Positions 26,125-36,163 of a stretch of 64,000 nucleotides of DNA are shown one piece after another. Made by a program: the position numbers and the translations under genes. The notes below the pieces were generated by a model. That model had not been told where the DNA came from. It did not search any database and saw nothing but the letters and a program-made list of their open reading frames with translations. This stretch comes from Spirochaetia bacterium (GTDB lineage: Bacteria > Spirochaetota > Spirochaetia > UBA9216): contig OY776510.1 in assembly GCA_963675665.1 (NCBI GenBank), positions 1,632,001 through 1,696,000 of the forward strand, given 5' to 3'. How positions within the stretch are numbered: the stretch's first letter is position 1; each line of letters begins with the position of its first letter.

Positions 26125-27306
26125 GTGGATTTTACTGAAAAACTGGCTGAACGAACAAATATCATGGGGGTAAGCGCGATAAGAGAAATCCTGAAAGTAG
26201 TAGGTAAACCCGGAATGGTTTCGCTTGCCGGAGGAATTCCAAGCCCGGACAGTTTTCCGATGGAAAGAATCAGGGAACTGACCGACCGGGTTTTTTCCAA
26301 ATACGGATCTTCCGCTTTTCAGTATGATCTCAGCGAAGGATTTATCCCGCTCCGCGAGGCGATGGTGGGGTACCTTGACCAGCGAGGTATATCTGTTACT
26401 GCTGAACAGGTTCTTATTCAAAGCGGTTCCCAGGGAGTGCTTGATGCGCTCTGCAAGGTTCTTATTACCAAAGGCGATAAAATTGCAGTCGAGGCCCCTA
26501 CCTACCTGGGCGCAATCCAGGCTTTTAAACCTTATGAGCCGGAATTTATCCGAATGGATATGGATGAGGACGGCCTTATTCCCGACTCCCTTGAAGAAGT
26601 GCTGAAAAATCATAAAATTAAATTTGTCTATACAGTACCGACTTTTCAGAATCCGACAGGCAGAAGCATCAGCCTTGAACGAAGAAAACGTATTGCGGAG
26701 ATTATTGTTAAATACGGCGCCCTGCTTGTTGAAGACGACCCCTACAGTAATCTGCGTTATCAGGGACAGGCGCTTCCGGCAATTAAAACCATGGCGCCCG
26801 ATAATGTCGTGTATATCACAACCCTGTCAAAGGTCCTGGCTCCCGGTTTGCGGATAGGAGTTGTTGTAGCGCCTGAGCTGATTTCAAACTGGCTGGTTAT
26901 CGTCAAACAGGGAGTGGATCTTCATACCTCAACTTTTTCACAGGCAATAGCCGCAGAATACGTTTCAGGCGGTTACATTAACGAGCAGCTGCCCAAGATT
27001 ATTGAACTGTACCGGCCCAAACATGCAGCAATGCTTAACGCACTGGAAAAATACTTTCCTGCAGGGTTCAGCTTTTCAAGGCCGGAAGGCGGTATGTTTA
27101 TCTGGGCTGAAGGGCCTTCTCACCTGGATCTTGTAGAGGCATACTGGAAGGCAGTGGAAAATAATGTTGCCTATGTACCGGGAAAATATTTTTATACAGA
27201 AGATTCCGAAGGGCATTCCACAATGAGACTCAATTTTACCATGGCGGAAGTTCCTGCAATTGAAGCTGCAATTGAAAAACTGGGCGGGGTATTGAAAACT
27301 CTTTAG
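26125..27306 (+). CDS. PLP-dependent class I aminotransferase (LysN/MocR-type)
   Basis: SLAGGIP, PTFQNPTG, EDDPY and SKVLAPGLRIG motifs; GTG start after GGAGGAG. Confidence 0.9.
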   Translation: MDFTEKLAERTNIMGVSAIREILKVVGKPGMVSLAGGIPSPDSFPMERIRELTDRVFSKYGSSAFQYDLSEGFIPLREAMVGYLDQRGISVTAEQVLIQSGSQGVLDALCKVLITKGDKIAVEAPTYLGAIQAFKPYEPEFIRMDMDEDGLIPDSLEEVLKNHKIKFVYTVPTFQNPTGRSISLERRKRIAEIIVKYGALLVEDDPYSNLRYQGQALPAIKTMAPDNVVYITTLSKVLAPGLRIGVVVAPELISNWLVIVKQGVDLHTSTFSQAIAAEYVSGGYINEQLPKIIELYRPKHAAMLNALEKYFPAGFSFSRPEGGMFIWAEGPSHLDLVEAYWKAVENNVAYVPGKYFYTEDSEGHSTMRLNFTMAEVPAIEAAIEKLGGVLKTL

Positions 27307-27340
27307 GAGCTTTTTATTTTCTGATCGTCAATTCAGTCCT

Positions 27341-27403
27341 GTTTGTAAATTATGTGAATATTAAAATAACATAGTTTACAAACGGTATATTTAGTCTTAC
27401 AAT
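27341..27403 (+). promoter_or_regulatory. Inverted repeat overlapping a sigma70 promoter (TTTACA-17-TACAAT)
   Basis: gtttgtaaattatgt/acatagtttacaaac (27341-27383); -35 at 27375-27380 and -10 at 27398-27403. Confidence 0.55.
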
Positions 27404-27409
27404 TTACAC

Positions 27410-28063
27410 ATGATAGAATTATGCGGCTCACTGCTGGCGGCTAATCATGTCCGTTTGGCCGGGGACCTTAAAACAGCTGAAAAATCCGGAATTACCAGAT
27501 TTCATATCGATGTATGCGACGGGCATTATACTCCGCATTTAGCCTTCGGCGATCAGGTGGTCCGTGATCTGAGGCTTGAAACCGATTCGGTGCTTGAAGC
27601 GCACCTGGCAGTGCATAATATGCCCTCCATCAGCGAACCTTTCCTTGAAAGCGGAATAGATATACTTACAATACAGTATGAAAGCTGCGAACTCCCTTCC
27701 CGGCTGATGAAAAGAATCCGGAAGGCCGGAGTCAGTCCCGGAATCTGTTTTATTCCTGCCACCCGGTTTGAAGAAACCGAGTTTTTTCTGGATGAAGCGG
27801 ATTTTGTTAATATTCTTGGCGTCGATCCGGGGATTGGAGGGCAGGAATTTTCTTACAAGATTCTTAAAAAAATAGAACTCACAGCAGATTTTATAAGCCG
27901 AAATAATCTCAACACAAAAATATCAGTAGACGGCGGTGTTAATATTGAAACCATGAACGCTATAATTGATGCCGGCGCTGATATTCTGACTTTCGGAAGT
28001 GCGGTATTCAGCGGTAATATTGAAGATAATATAATGCAGATCAGAAGGAGAATTGCAGTATGA
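27410..28063 (+). CDS. Ribulose-phosphate 3-epimerase family protein
   Basis: HIDVCDGHY, EAHL, PGIGGQ and VDGGVN motifs. Confidence 0.85.
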   Translation: MIELCGSLLAANHVRLAGDLKTAEKSGITRFHIDVCDGHYTPHLAFGDQVVRDLRLETDSVLEAHLAVHNMPSISEPFLESGIDILTIQYESCELPSRLMKRIRKAGVSPGICFIPATRFEETEFFLDEADFVNILGVDPGIGGQEFSYKILKKIELTADFISRNNLNTKISVDGGVNIETMNAIIDAGADILTFGSAVFSGNIEDNIMQIRRRIAV

Positions 28064-29601
28064 GCAGGTATGTATTGGGTATAGACGCAGGTACGGAAAG
28101 CATTCGTGCCGGAATATATGATGAAAAGGGCAAGTGTATCAGTTTCGGAGTGAGTGAAAACAAAAATATTCACCGCCACCCGGGGTGGGGTGAACAGAGT
28201 GTTGAACAGTGGGATAAATCACTTATCGAATCCATCCGCGAAGCTGTCGCAAAATCAGGAATCGATCCGGAACAGATAGAGGGCATCGGTCTTGACGGAA
28301 CAAGCTGTACTGTAGTCTGCCTTGATAAAAACGGCAAGTCTCTCCGTGATGCTGTGATGTGGATGGATATACGAGCCTCGGCAGAAGCGGATGAAATAGC
28401 AGCCTGCGGCGATCCTGCCCTGAAATACGTCGGATTCAGCAAGGTTTCGGCTGAATGGTTTCCATGTAAAACCCTGTGGATAAAGCGCAATGAACCTGAA
28501 TTATATGCTGATGCGGAAACAATTTTTGAGCATACCGACTGGCTTGCCTATAGATTGACCGGTGAAAAAACTGCAAACATCAACACGGTGTCTGTAAGAT
28601 GGTTTTATAACAAAAAAGAAGGCGGTTTTCCAAAATCTCTGTATGAAAAAATCGGGCTGTCGGATATTTTCAGCAAGCTGCCGGAGCGTGTTGTTGAAAT
28701 CGGGGAAGTTGTCGGCGGGCTGTCTGCAAAAGCGGCCGCCGAAACCGGGCTTAAGGAAGGAATCCCTGTGGCCGGCGGCGGTGCCGATGCGTACATAGGG
28801 GTTATCGGCGTCAACGCGCTAAAACCGGGAAAATTGGCGCTTATAACCGGGTCTTCGCAGCTTCATATCGGTTTGACCGATACCGAGCTGCATGCTCTGG
28901 GAATTTTCGGGACTTTTCCGGGCGCAATTATTCCCGGCGCCGAAGTTGTTGAAGCCGGCCAGATTTCCACCGGTTCCATTATTAAATGGTTTATTACCAA
29001 TTTCCTGGGATCAGAGATAAAGGAAGAAGCCGAACGCCGCGGAGTTTCTGTTTATGATGTTCTTAACGAACAGGCGGCAAAGCTGCCTCCCGGCTCCGAG
29101 GGCTTGGTAGTGCTTGAGCACTGGCAGGGCAACCGTACTCCGTGGGTTGATGCAAACAGCCGCGGCGTTATTCGCGGTTTAACATTAAAACATACTCCCG
29201 CCCATATTTTCAGGGCGATTATGGAAGGCGTTGTATACGGTACCCAGGTAATTCTTCAGAAGATGGAAGAAGGCGGGGTTTATATTGACGAAATAATTAC
29301 CTGCGGCGGCGCAACGCAGAGCGATCTGTGGATGCAGATTCATGCCGATGTTACCGGCAAGCCGTTTACTATTCCCGAAGAGCAGCAGGCGGTATCGCTT
29401 GGTTCAGCTATTGCTGCAGCCGTCGGCGCCGGGATATATCCTGACCTGCAGGCCGGGGCGGATGCGATGGTACGGATTGCAAAGATTGTAAAGCCTGATC
29501 CGGCAAACACGGAGAAATACCGTGAATACGTAAGGCAGTATGAAGCCACCTACGAAAATCTGAAGGATGAATCAGCCAGATTGGTTAAGAGTCTTGAGTA
29601 A
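28060..29601 (+). CDS. FGGY-family kinase (ribulokinase-like)
   Basis: GIDAGTES, DGTSCT, WMDIRA and WQGNRTP motifs; ATGA overlap with the upstream gene. Confidence 0.9.
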   Translation: MSRYVLGIDAGTESIRAGIYDEKGKCISFGVSENKNIHRHPGWGEQSVEQWDKSLIESIREAVAKSGIDPEQIEGIGLDGTSCTVVCLDKNGKSLRDAVMWMDIRASAEADEIAACGDPALKYVGFSKVSAEWFPCKTLWIKRNEPELYADAETIFEHTDWLAYRLTGEKTANINTVSVRWFYNKKEGGFPKSLYEKIGLSDIFSKLPERVVEIGEVVGGLSAKAAAETGLKEGIPVAGGGADAYIGVIGVNALKPGKLALITGSSQLHIGLTDTELHALGIFGTFPGAIIPGAEVVEAGQISTGSIIKWFITNFLGSEIKEEAERRGVSVYDVLNEQAAKLPPGSEGLVVLEHWQGNRTPWVDANSRGVIRGLTLKHTPAHIFRAIMEGVVYGTQVILQKMEEGGVYIDEIITCGGATQSDLWMQIHADVTGKPFTIPEEQQAVSLGSAIAAAVGAGIYPDLQAGADAMVRIAKIVKPDPANTEKYREYVRQYEATYENLKDESARLVKSLE

Positions 29602-29622
29602 CCTTCAGGAGCAGCATATCTG

Positions 29623-30576
29623 ATGAACGACTCCGAGTACAACCGGTATTCTGTTCTGGCTGAAATAGCAGAGCTTTATTTCCTGAAAGGGATGCAGCAG
29701 GCGGCTATTGCCGATAAAATGAAAATATCCCGTTCTCTTGTGTCGCGGATGATAACCGAAGCGCAGGAGAAGGGTATTGTTTCGATAACTATAAATCATT
29801 TTTTCAAACGATCTGAAAAACATGAGAAGGAACTGGGCAGGCGTTTCGGTTTACAGAATTCACGTGTTTTGATTCTGCCCAACAGCATGAAAGAAGACGA
29901 AATAAAAAAGCAGCTCGGGCGGTTTGCCGCTGATCAGATATACGGCAAAATTAAACGCGGCTGGAATATCGGGTTCACATTCGGAACAACTCTGAAAGAG
30001 ATAGTAGACGCTCTGTCTGTGAAGCCGCCCCGGCAGGTGACATTTTTACAGTTGACGGGTTCTCTCGGGGCGGCTGAAGCTGCATTTGACTCACATGAGC
30101 TGGTTCATCTGCTGTCTTCAGCCTGGAACTGTGAGGGCGTGTTCCTTCATGCGCCGCTGATAGTTAACAGCACCGAAGTAAGGCATCATTTATACGGAAG
30201 TCGAAGCAATATCCGAAATGCAGAGCTTTGCAGGAAACTTGATATTGCAGTAGTCGGTTTAAGCTCGTATGAGAATGCATATTCATCGGCGCTTTACAGC
30301 GGCGGACATATAGGCGCCGAAGACATGCTGATGATGAGAAAAGCCGGAATAATCGGAGATGTCGGTTCATACAGTATTAATGAAGACGGCAGGCTTGTTG
30401 ATATTCAAACTCTGACCCGGATGATTGGGTTTGATGAAGATGAATGGAAGAATATAAAAAACAGGTACGGGATTGCGGCAGGAGATCATAAGCTGAATAT
30501 TATCAGGGCTGCCTTGAAGGGCGGCTGGCTTACCGGGTTGATCACCGATGAACAGACTGCTGACAATCTTCTTTAA
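29623..30576 (+). CDS. SorC/DeoR-type sugar-binding transcriptional regulator
   Basis: AELYF...QAAIA...ISRSLVSRM HTH; GTT, LHAPLIV and LITDE motifs. Confidence 0.85.
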   Translation: MNDSEYNRYSVLAEIAELYFLKGMQQAAIADKMKISRSLVSRMITEAQEKGIVSITINHFFKRSEKHEKELGRRFGLQNSRVLILPNSMKEDEIKKQLGRFAADQIYGKIKRGWNIGFTFGTTLKEIVDALSVKPPRQVTFLQLTGSLGAAEAAFDSHELVHLLSSAWNCEGVFLHAPLIVNSTEVRHHLYGSRSNIRNAELCRKLDIAVVGLSSYENAYSSALYSGGHIGAEDMLMMRKAGIIGDVGSYSINEDGRLVDIQTLTRMIGFDEDEWKNIKNRYGIAAGDHKLNIIRAALKGGWLTGLITDEQTADNLL

Positions 30577-30617
30577 TTTCATGTTATACTTATAAAAACA
30601 TTTCGGAAGGAGTTGTT

Positions 30618-31511
30618 ATGAGTAAAAAGATCGCTGTGATGGGTGCAGGAATAATGGCTACCGGTATCGGCAAAACACTTTTGTCTGCGGGTTATTCTGT
30701 CAGCTGCTATAACAGGACTAAAGAGCATTCCTCTGCTCTTATTCAGTCCGGCGCTGAATATTTTGATTCTCCGGCCGGAGCCGCCGCAGGTGCGGAGTTT
30801 ATTGTCAGCATGGTATGGGATAAAAAGGCTTTTGACCATGTAATGCTTGGCCCCGGAGGTCTGTATGAGAACGCTGCAAAAGACCAGATTTTTATAGATA
30901 TGAGTACCCAGCTGCCGGAAGCGGCAATTGAAGCGGCTGAAGCTTTCAGAAAAAAGGGTGCACATTTTATCGATGCTCCCGTTCACGGAACCAAAGGCGA
31001 AGCAAATTCAGGTGGGCTCTGGATAATGGCCGGCGGCGACCGGGCAGTATATGAGCGGGCAACCGAGGTTTTTAAAATAATCGGAGAAACTTACCACTAT
31101 ATGGGTGGAAACGGCAAAGGATACGCTTCCAAGCTCTGCGGAAACCATCTCGTTTCCACAATTGTTGCGGCGGTATGCGAATCCATGGTTCTTGCGTCCA
31201 AAGCAGGGATCGAACCGAATGAAATACTGAAAGTCTGGATGGAATCAGATTTCAGATCTCCGGTTGTGGACGGAGTCGGCAATTCAATTATCAGCAGGGA
31301 TTTCGATGTTTCATTTCACCTGCGGACTATGGTCAAGGACACAGAGCTTATCCGTAATTTTTCCGAATCGATTAATGTTCCGGTACTGCTTTCCAACATT
31401 GTTCATGAAGTGAACAAAATAGGACTGAATATGGGTGTTGGAGATGAGAACGCATCGGCAGTTGTGAAGGTTTTTGAGCATATGGCCGGCGCAGAAATTG
31501 GAAAAAAGTAA
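30618..31511 (+). CDS. NAD(P)-dependent beta-hydroxyacid dehydrogenase (3-hydroxyisobutyrate/tartronate semialdehyde reductase family)
   Basis: GAGIMA, YNRT, DMST, DAPV, catalytic K..N and KD motifs. Confidence 0.85.
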   Translation: MSKKIAVMGAGIMATGIGKTLLSAGYSVSCYNRTKEHSSALIQSGAEYFDSPAGAAAGAEFIVSMVWDKKAFDHVMLGPGGLYENAAKDQIFIDMSTQLPEAAIEAAEAFRKKGAHFIDAPVHGTKGEANSGGLWIMAGGDRAVYERATEVFKIIGETYHYMGGNGKGYASKLCGNHLVSTIVAAVCESMVLASKAGIEPNEILKVWMESDFRSPVVDGVGNSIISRDFDVSFHLRTMVKDTELIRNFSESINVPVLLSNIVHEVNKIGLNMGVGDENASAVVKVFEHMAGAEIGKK

Positions 31512-31545
31512 CTCATGCAAAAAGCTGAGATAAGGAGCATATAAT

Positions 31546-32799
31546 TTGAAAGAAGGAAAACTCCTTTATTATTTTTTCCCGGTGATGATTGCAGCTTTTG
31601 CGGGTGCAGCCTTTATTGTTGACGGGTCGGGAGCATTTTTCAGGTTCCTTGGTCTTCAGCTGCAGCCCGCAAGACTGATTAGCGATTTTATAATGACCGG
31701 CGGCACAGGCGCGGCATTGCTGAACTCCGCCGTTGTCGGTTTAATCGGGTTTATTCTGATCATCGTAACCGGGACAACCCTGTCCGGACCGACCTTTGCT
31801 GCTGTGTTCACAATGATGGGGTTCGGTCTTTTCGGTAAAACGCCGCTGAATATTCTTCCGATAATCTGCGGTGTTTTTCTCTCTTCGCGTTTTGCCCTGA
31901 AAAGCTTCAGGGAATATATCATTATAGCCCTGTTCGGAACAGCACTGGGCCCTCTTGTGAGCGCTATTGCTTTTGAAATGGGGCTGACCGGAGGTCCGGC
32001 TATTCTTGCCGGTGTTGCCGGAGGTATTGCAACCGGGTTCTTTCTGCCTTCTGTTGCCGTATCCATGCTGCATCTTCATCAGGGGTACAATCTCTACAAT
32101 ATGGGGTTGACCTGCGGATTCTTGAGTCTTTTCGCGGCTGCAATAATAAAGGCGGGAGGAAACAGTCTTGCCGGAGAATCATACTGGTATTCCGGGCATT
32201 CCGTTTTTCTTGTGCTTATTGTTCCGGCGCTTTCATTTGTTCTGATTGCCGGCGGCCTGATTGCCGGTGGAGTGAAAAGTCTGCGGGCTTTTGTAAAGAT
32301 ACAGAAGCAGGCCGGGCGGCTGCCTTCGGATTTTATCGATATCACTACTATCGGCGGTACCTTTCTGAATGCGGGGTTTATCGGTTTGATAGGATCAGTC
32401 TATATCTATGTTATAGGCGGTGATTTTAACGGTCCGGTAATAGGCGGACTGATGACGATAATGGGGTTTGCAGCCTTTGGTACCCACTTGAGAAATTCCT
32501 GGCCTGTTGTGGGCGGAGTTATAATTGCTGCGCTGATATTCGGAAGGTCATTGACAGATCCCGGTGTTCAGCTTGCTGCCGTGTTCTGCACAACGCTTGC
32601 GCCGATTGCAGGACAGTTCGGTATTCTTCCGGGTCTTCTTGCCGGTTTTATTCATTTGCTCATGGTTTTACAGACCGGCAGCTGGCAGGGCGGCATGAAT
32701 CTATACAATAACGGTTTTTCAGGCGGGTTGACTGCCGCCCTGATTGTGGCGGTTGTTCAATGGTACAGATTAAACAGAAAGGATAATAAATTCAAATGA
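31546..32799 (+). CDS. DUF1576-family membrane protein
   Basis: Internally duplicated GFGLFGK/GFAAFGT and GYNLYN.G/GMNLYNNGF motifs. Confidence 0.75.
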   Translation: MKEGKLLYYFFPVMIAAFAGAAFIVDGSGAFFRFLGLQLQPARLISDFIMTGGTGAALLNSAVVGLIGFILIIVTGTTLSGPTFAAVFTMMGFGLFGKTPLNILPIICGVFLSSRFALKSFREYIIIALFGTALGPLVSAIAFEMGLTGGPAILAGVAGGIATGFFLPSVAVSMLHLHQGYNLYNMGLTCGFLSLFAAAIIKAGGNSLAGESYWYSGHSVFLVLIVPALSFVLIAGGLIAGGVKSLRAFVKIQKQAGRLPSDFIDITTIGGTFLNAGFIGLIGSVYIYVIGGDFNGPVIGGLMTIMGFAAFGTHLRNSWPVVGGVIIAALIFGRSLTDPGVQLAAVFCTTLAPIAGQFGILPGLLAGFIHLLMVLQTGSWQGGMNLYNNGFSGGLTAALIVAVVQWYRLNRKDNKFK

Positions 32800-33176
32800 G
32801 AAGAAAAGAGCTTATAACGCATCTGATCAGCGAGATTTCAAGCTATGTGCTTGAAGGAGACCCGATGCGGATGGTAATATCGCTTCATCAGGAAGAGGAC
32901 GGGCTGCACCTGAGTATAATGGATGATGCGGCGCATACCGATGAAGAGATTGAGCAGATGGAAAAAGATCTTAACAGCCAGAAACGTCCTGAACTTGCAG
33001 GTTATTACGGGGCCATGACCGGCCGCGATCTTCTTGGCGCCTCGCGGCTTAACCTGCTTGGCTGGCAGGTAAAACATACCGACATTACCCGCATAGACAA
33101 GGGCATAAAGATTGATTTCTGGCTCGGTGGAGATCGCTTCGACAGCCGGCAGTTCAATATCCCTGAAATAAAATAA
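32796..33176 (+). CDS. Hypothetical protein coupled to the DUF1576 gene
   Basis: ATGA overlap with the upstream gene; 126-aa soluble protein. Confidence 0.6.
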   Translation: MRRKELITHLISEISSYVLEGDPMRMVISLHQEEDGLHLSIMDDAAHTDEEIEQMEKDLNSQKRPELAGYYGAMTGRDLLGASRLNLLGWQVKHTDITRIDKGIKIDFWLGGDRFDSRQFNIPEIK

Positions 33177-33191
33177 TAACGGAAAAATCAA

Positions 33192-34175
33192 TTGATGCGA
33201 TTTCTCGGAAGAAACTGGTTTATAATCGGAATATTTACAGCGCTGTTTCTTGGAATTATCATAAGCGATGCAGGCATAATGATGAACCGCGGATCTTATT
33301 TCAGCAATTCGCTTGTTGTTCTGCTGTTTATAATTACCGGTGTAAAACTACCTGTAGACGCAATAAAAAACGGGTTGAAAGATGTCAGGATACATGCCTA
33401 CATCCAGTTATTTATCTTTGTTTTTGTTCCGGTCTATTTTTATCTGACCTCTTTTCTGTTCAGAGATATATTCAGCCCTCAGGTGCGGATCGGGATTTAT
33501 GCTCTGGCCTGTCTGCCGTGTACCATTTCAAGCTGCATCGTTTTTACCCAGTCGGCGGGAGGCAACGTTGTCGCTACCATGTTCAATGCCGCATTTGCGA
33601 ATATTATCGGTGTAGTGGTTTCGCCGCTGTTGCTTTCTCTGATGATGCAAACTTCTTCAGGTATGCTGCCTGTAGAAGAGCTTTTCGGCATACTTCGAAA
33701 ACTTTCCCTGATTATGCTTCTTCCGATTGCTGCCGGACAATTTCTGCGACGCTGGTTTGCAGCAGCCGCAGAAAAATATAAAAGTCCGCTCGGCGTGATC
33801 AGCAATATATTCATTCTGATGATACTTTTTTTTGCGTTTTCCAAAAGTTCAGGCGATCCATCTTTTGTCGGGAACCTTCGCTCAATGATTAAGCCGTATA
33901 TATTCCTGGCTGTTTCTTTTCCGGTCCTTGATGCAATAGCCTCAGCGGGCGCAAAGATGCTGGGATTCAGTGTTGAGAATCGAATAACCATTGCCTTTAC
34001 AGCGCCGCAGAAGACACTTGCAATGGGGGTTCCGCTTTTAAGTACTTTCTTTGCTTCTCAGCCTGAGGTTTTAGGGGTAGCGCTTCTGCCGCTGATTTTT
34101 TATCATCCATGGCAGCTGCTTGTGTCCGGGATTCTGCAGGAAAGAATTAAAAAAAGTAGATCCTCCCGCGCATAA
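33192..34175 (+). CDS. Bile acid:sodium symporter-family transporter
   Basis: LPCTISS, AGGN and QKTLAMG.P motifs. Confidence 0.85.
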   Translation: MMRFLGRNWFIIGIFTALFLGIIISDAGIMMNRGSYFSNSLVVLLFIITGVKLPVDAIKNGLKDVRIHAYIQLFIFVFVPVYFYLTSFLFRDIFSPQVRIGIYALACLPCTISSCIVFTQSAGGNVVATMFNAAFANIIGVVVSPLLLSLMMQTSSGMLPVEELFGILRKLSLIMLLPIAAGQFLRRWFAAAAEKYKSPLGVISNIFILMILFFAFSKSSGDPSFVGNLRSMIKPYIFLAVSFPVLDAIASAGAKMLGFSVENRITIAFTAPQKTLAMGVPLLSTFFASQPEVLGVALLPLIFYHPWQLLVSGILQERIKKSRSSRA

Positions 34176-34179
34176 AAAA

Positions 34180-34638
34180 TTATTTTGCGATAAGAAAATA
34201 ACTTCCTTCAGCCATGCTTCCGAGAGTTGATATCAGCCTTACAAGCTTTGCGGCCAGGTTTCGGGCCTTTGATTCATCGGTAATTTTGTTATCAACAAGA
34301 AAAGCAGCGGTGTCCTGTGCTATCTGTTCAGCTGCATTTTTTGAATTCTTTTCATTAATTCCGATTACATGTACTTTGCTGAAAAATTTTTCGCCTATCA
34401 TATATTTCTTTGTTGTAAATAGAAACATTTCGCCGGTATCATCCGAAACACGGTAGAGAGAATAATCCATAAATGGAAGCGGAACTTCCAGTTCGACTGT
34501 TGTGTTAATAACGACGTCGGCACCTGCGTATTTTTCAGGCGAGGACTTTATGCCTTCAATTGATGTGGCGCACCCGGCAAGGACAAAAGCCGACAATAAA
34601 ATTAAAAATGTTTTTTGTATGAATATTGATAATTTCAT
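34180..34638 (-). CDS. Hypothetical lipoprotein
   Basis: Lipobox LAGC; SDDTGE segment like small OB-fold proteins. Confidence 0.6.
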   Translation of the reverse strand: MKLSIFIQKTFLILLSAFVLAGCATSIEGIKSSPEKYAGADVVINTTVELEVPLPFMDYSLYRVSDDTGEMFLFTTKKYMIGEKFFSKVHVIGINEKNSKNAAEQIAQDTAAFLVDNKITDESKARNLAAKLVRLISTLGSMAEGSYFLIAK

Positions 34639-34702
34639 ATTTTAAACTTACCTTTTTAAAAAGAAAAAATCCATTATTAGCAATCTTTCTCCGATATAAT
34701 AT

Positions 34703-36154
34703 ATGATGTTTATACTTATCCCTGTTGCCTGTGTTCTGTTTATTATCATTTATGTGAATGTTTTGATTGCCGGAAAGGTTGATCCGAATCTCGGTTATAC
34801 TCCTTCTGCCGCTCCTGCCGATGCCGTTCAAAGACTTGCAAGGGCAATAAAAATTCCTACTGTGTCGCATTACGATCCGGCTGAAGATGATTCCGGTAAA
34901 TTTCGAGAGTTTCAGCAGTTTCTGGCTGATACTTTTCCCGATTTTCATAAAACTGCCGGGCGAACAATTCTCGGAGATTATTCAGTCATTTATAAATGGA
35001 AGGGCAGAAACGATGAATATTCAACAAACGCTCCTCCTGTTCTTGTTACTGCACACTACGATGTTGTTCCGGTAGACGAAAGTAAATGGACGCACAAGCC
35101 GTTTGGTGCGGAAATTGACGGGGAGTTTCTCTGGGGCCGTGGAACGCTTGATACCAAGAATACCCTGATGGCGTCTCTTGAGGCGGCCGAAGAGCTGTGC
35201 AGAAACGGGTTTGTTCCCGAACGAACTGTATATTTCGCTTTCGGCGGTGATGAAGAGACTACCGGCCGCAACGGCGCCTGCAGAAACGCCGAGTGGTTCA
35301 GCAGCAACGGAATAATGTTCGACTGGCTCTGGGATGAGGGCGCAATAACCGCAGATGGATTAATGCCGGGCATGCTGAAAAAGCTTTCGCTCATCGGAAC
35401 TGCCGAAAAAGGGCAGGTTAACATACTACTGCAGGCGGATTCCACCGCCGGTGGACATGCCGCCATGCCGCCGAAATATACCGCAACAGGCAGAATTGCC
35501 CGGGCTGTAGCCAGGATAGAGGCGCATCCATTTCCGTTGCGGTGGCTTAAAACTACAAGAATTTTTTTTAAGAAGATGGCGCGCGCCGGGATTCCCGCCT
35601 ATAAAATCGCACTTTCGAACCTGTGGATTACCGGCGGCCTTATTAAAATGATTATGGGTATGAATCCCGCTTCAGCCGCGCTGCTTAGAACCACTACGGC
35701 GCCGACGATGATTTCAGGCAGCCGCAAGGAAAATGTTCTGGCTGACCATGCCTCAGCGGTAATTAATGTACGAATTCTGCCGGGAGACAGCGTTGAAGGC
35801 GTGCTGGAAAGAATCAGGAAGGTTGTTGCGGATAAAAATGTAAAAGTCAGCATTAAAAACAATAACGATGCGGATAATCCGGTTGCAGAATCTTCGATTG
35901 AGTCGGAAGGTTACAAGCTTCTCGAACAGATGCTGAACGAGGTTATACCCGATTCGGTTGTTCTTCCGTATCTTGCAACAACAGCGTCGGATTCCAGAAA
36001 CTATGCATCATGCTGTCGGAATTTGTACCGCTATTCGCCGATGATTCTTACCCAGCCGGAACTTGACAGGATACATGGGGCTGATGAGCGTATCAGTATT
36101 GAGAATTACGGCCTTGCAATAAGATGTTATAAAACATTGTTTAAAAAATTATAG
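34703..36154 (+). CDS. M20-family peptidase (Gly-X carboxypeptidase-like)
   Basis: AHYDVVP, WGRGTLD.K, DEE, GHAAMP and IHGADE motifs; N-terminal membrane anchor. Confidence 0.85.
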   Translation: MMFILIPVACVLFIIIYVNVLIAGKVDPNLGYTPSAAPADAVQRLARAIKIPTVSHYDPAEDDSGKFREFQQFLADTFPDFHKTAGRTILGDYSVIYKWKGRNDEYSTNAPPVLVTAHYDVVPVDESKWTHKPFGAEIDGEFLWGRGTLDTKNTLMASLEAAEELCRNGFVPERTVYFAFGGDEETTGRNGACRNAEWFSSNGIMFDWLWDEGAITADGLMPGMLKKLSLIGTAEKGQVNILLQADSTAGGHAAMPPKYTATGRIARAVARIEAHPFPLRWLKTTRIFFKKMARAGIPAYKIALSNLWITGGLIKMIMGMNPASAALLRTTTAPTMISGSRKENVLADHASAVINVRILPGDSVEGVLERIRKVVADKNVKVSIKNNNDADNPVAESSIESEGYKLLEQMLNEVIPDSVVLPYLATTASDSRNYASCCRNLYRYSPMILTQPELDRIHGADERISIENYGLAIRCYKTLFKKL

Positions 36155-36163
36155 GGAATCAGG

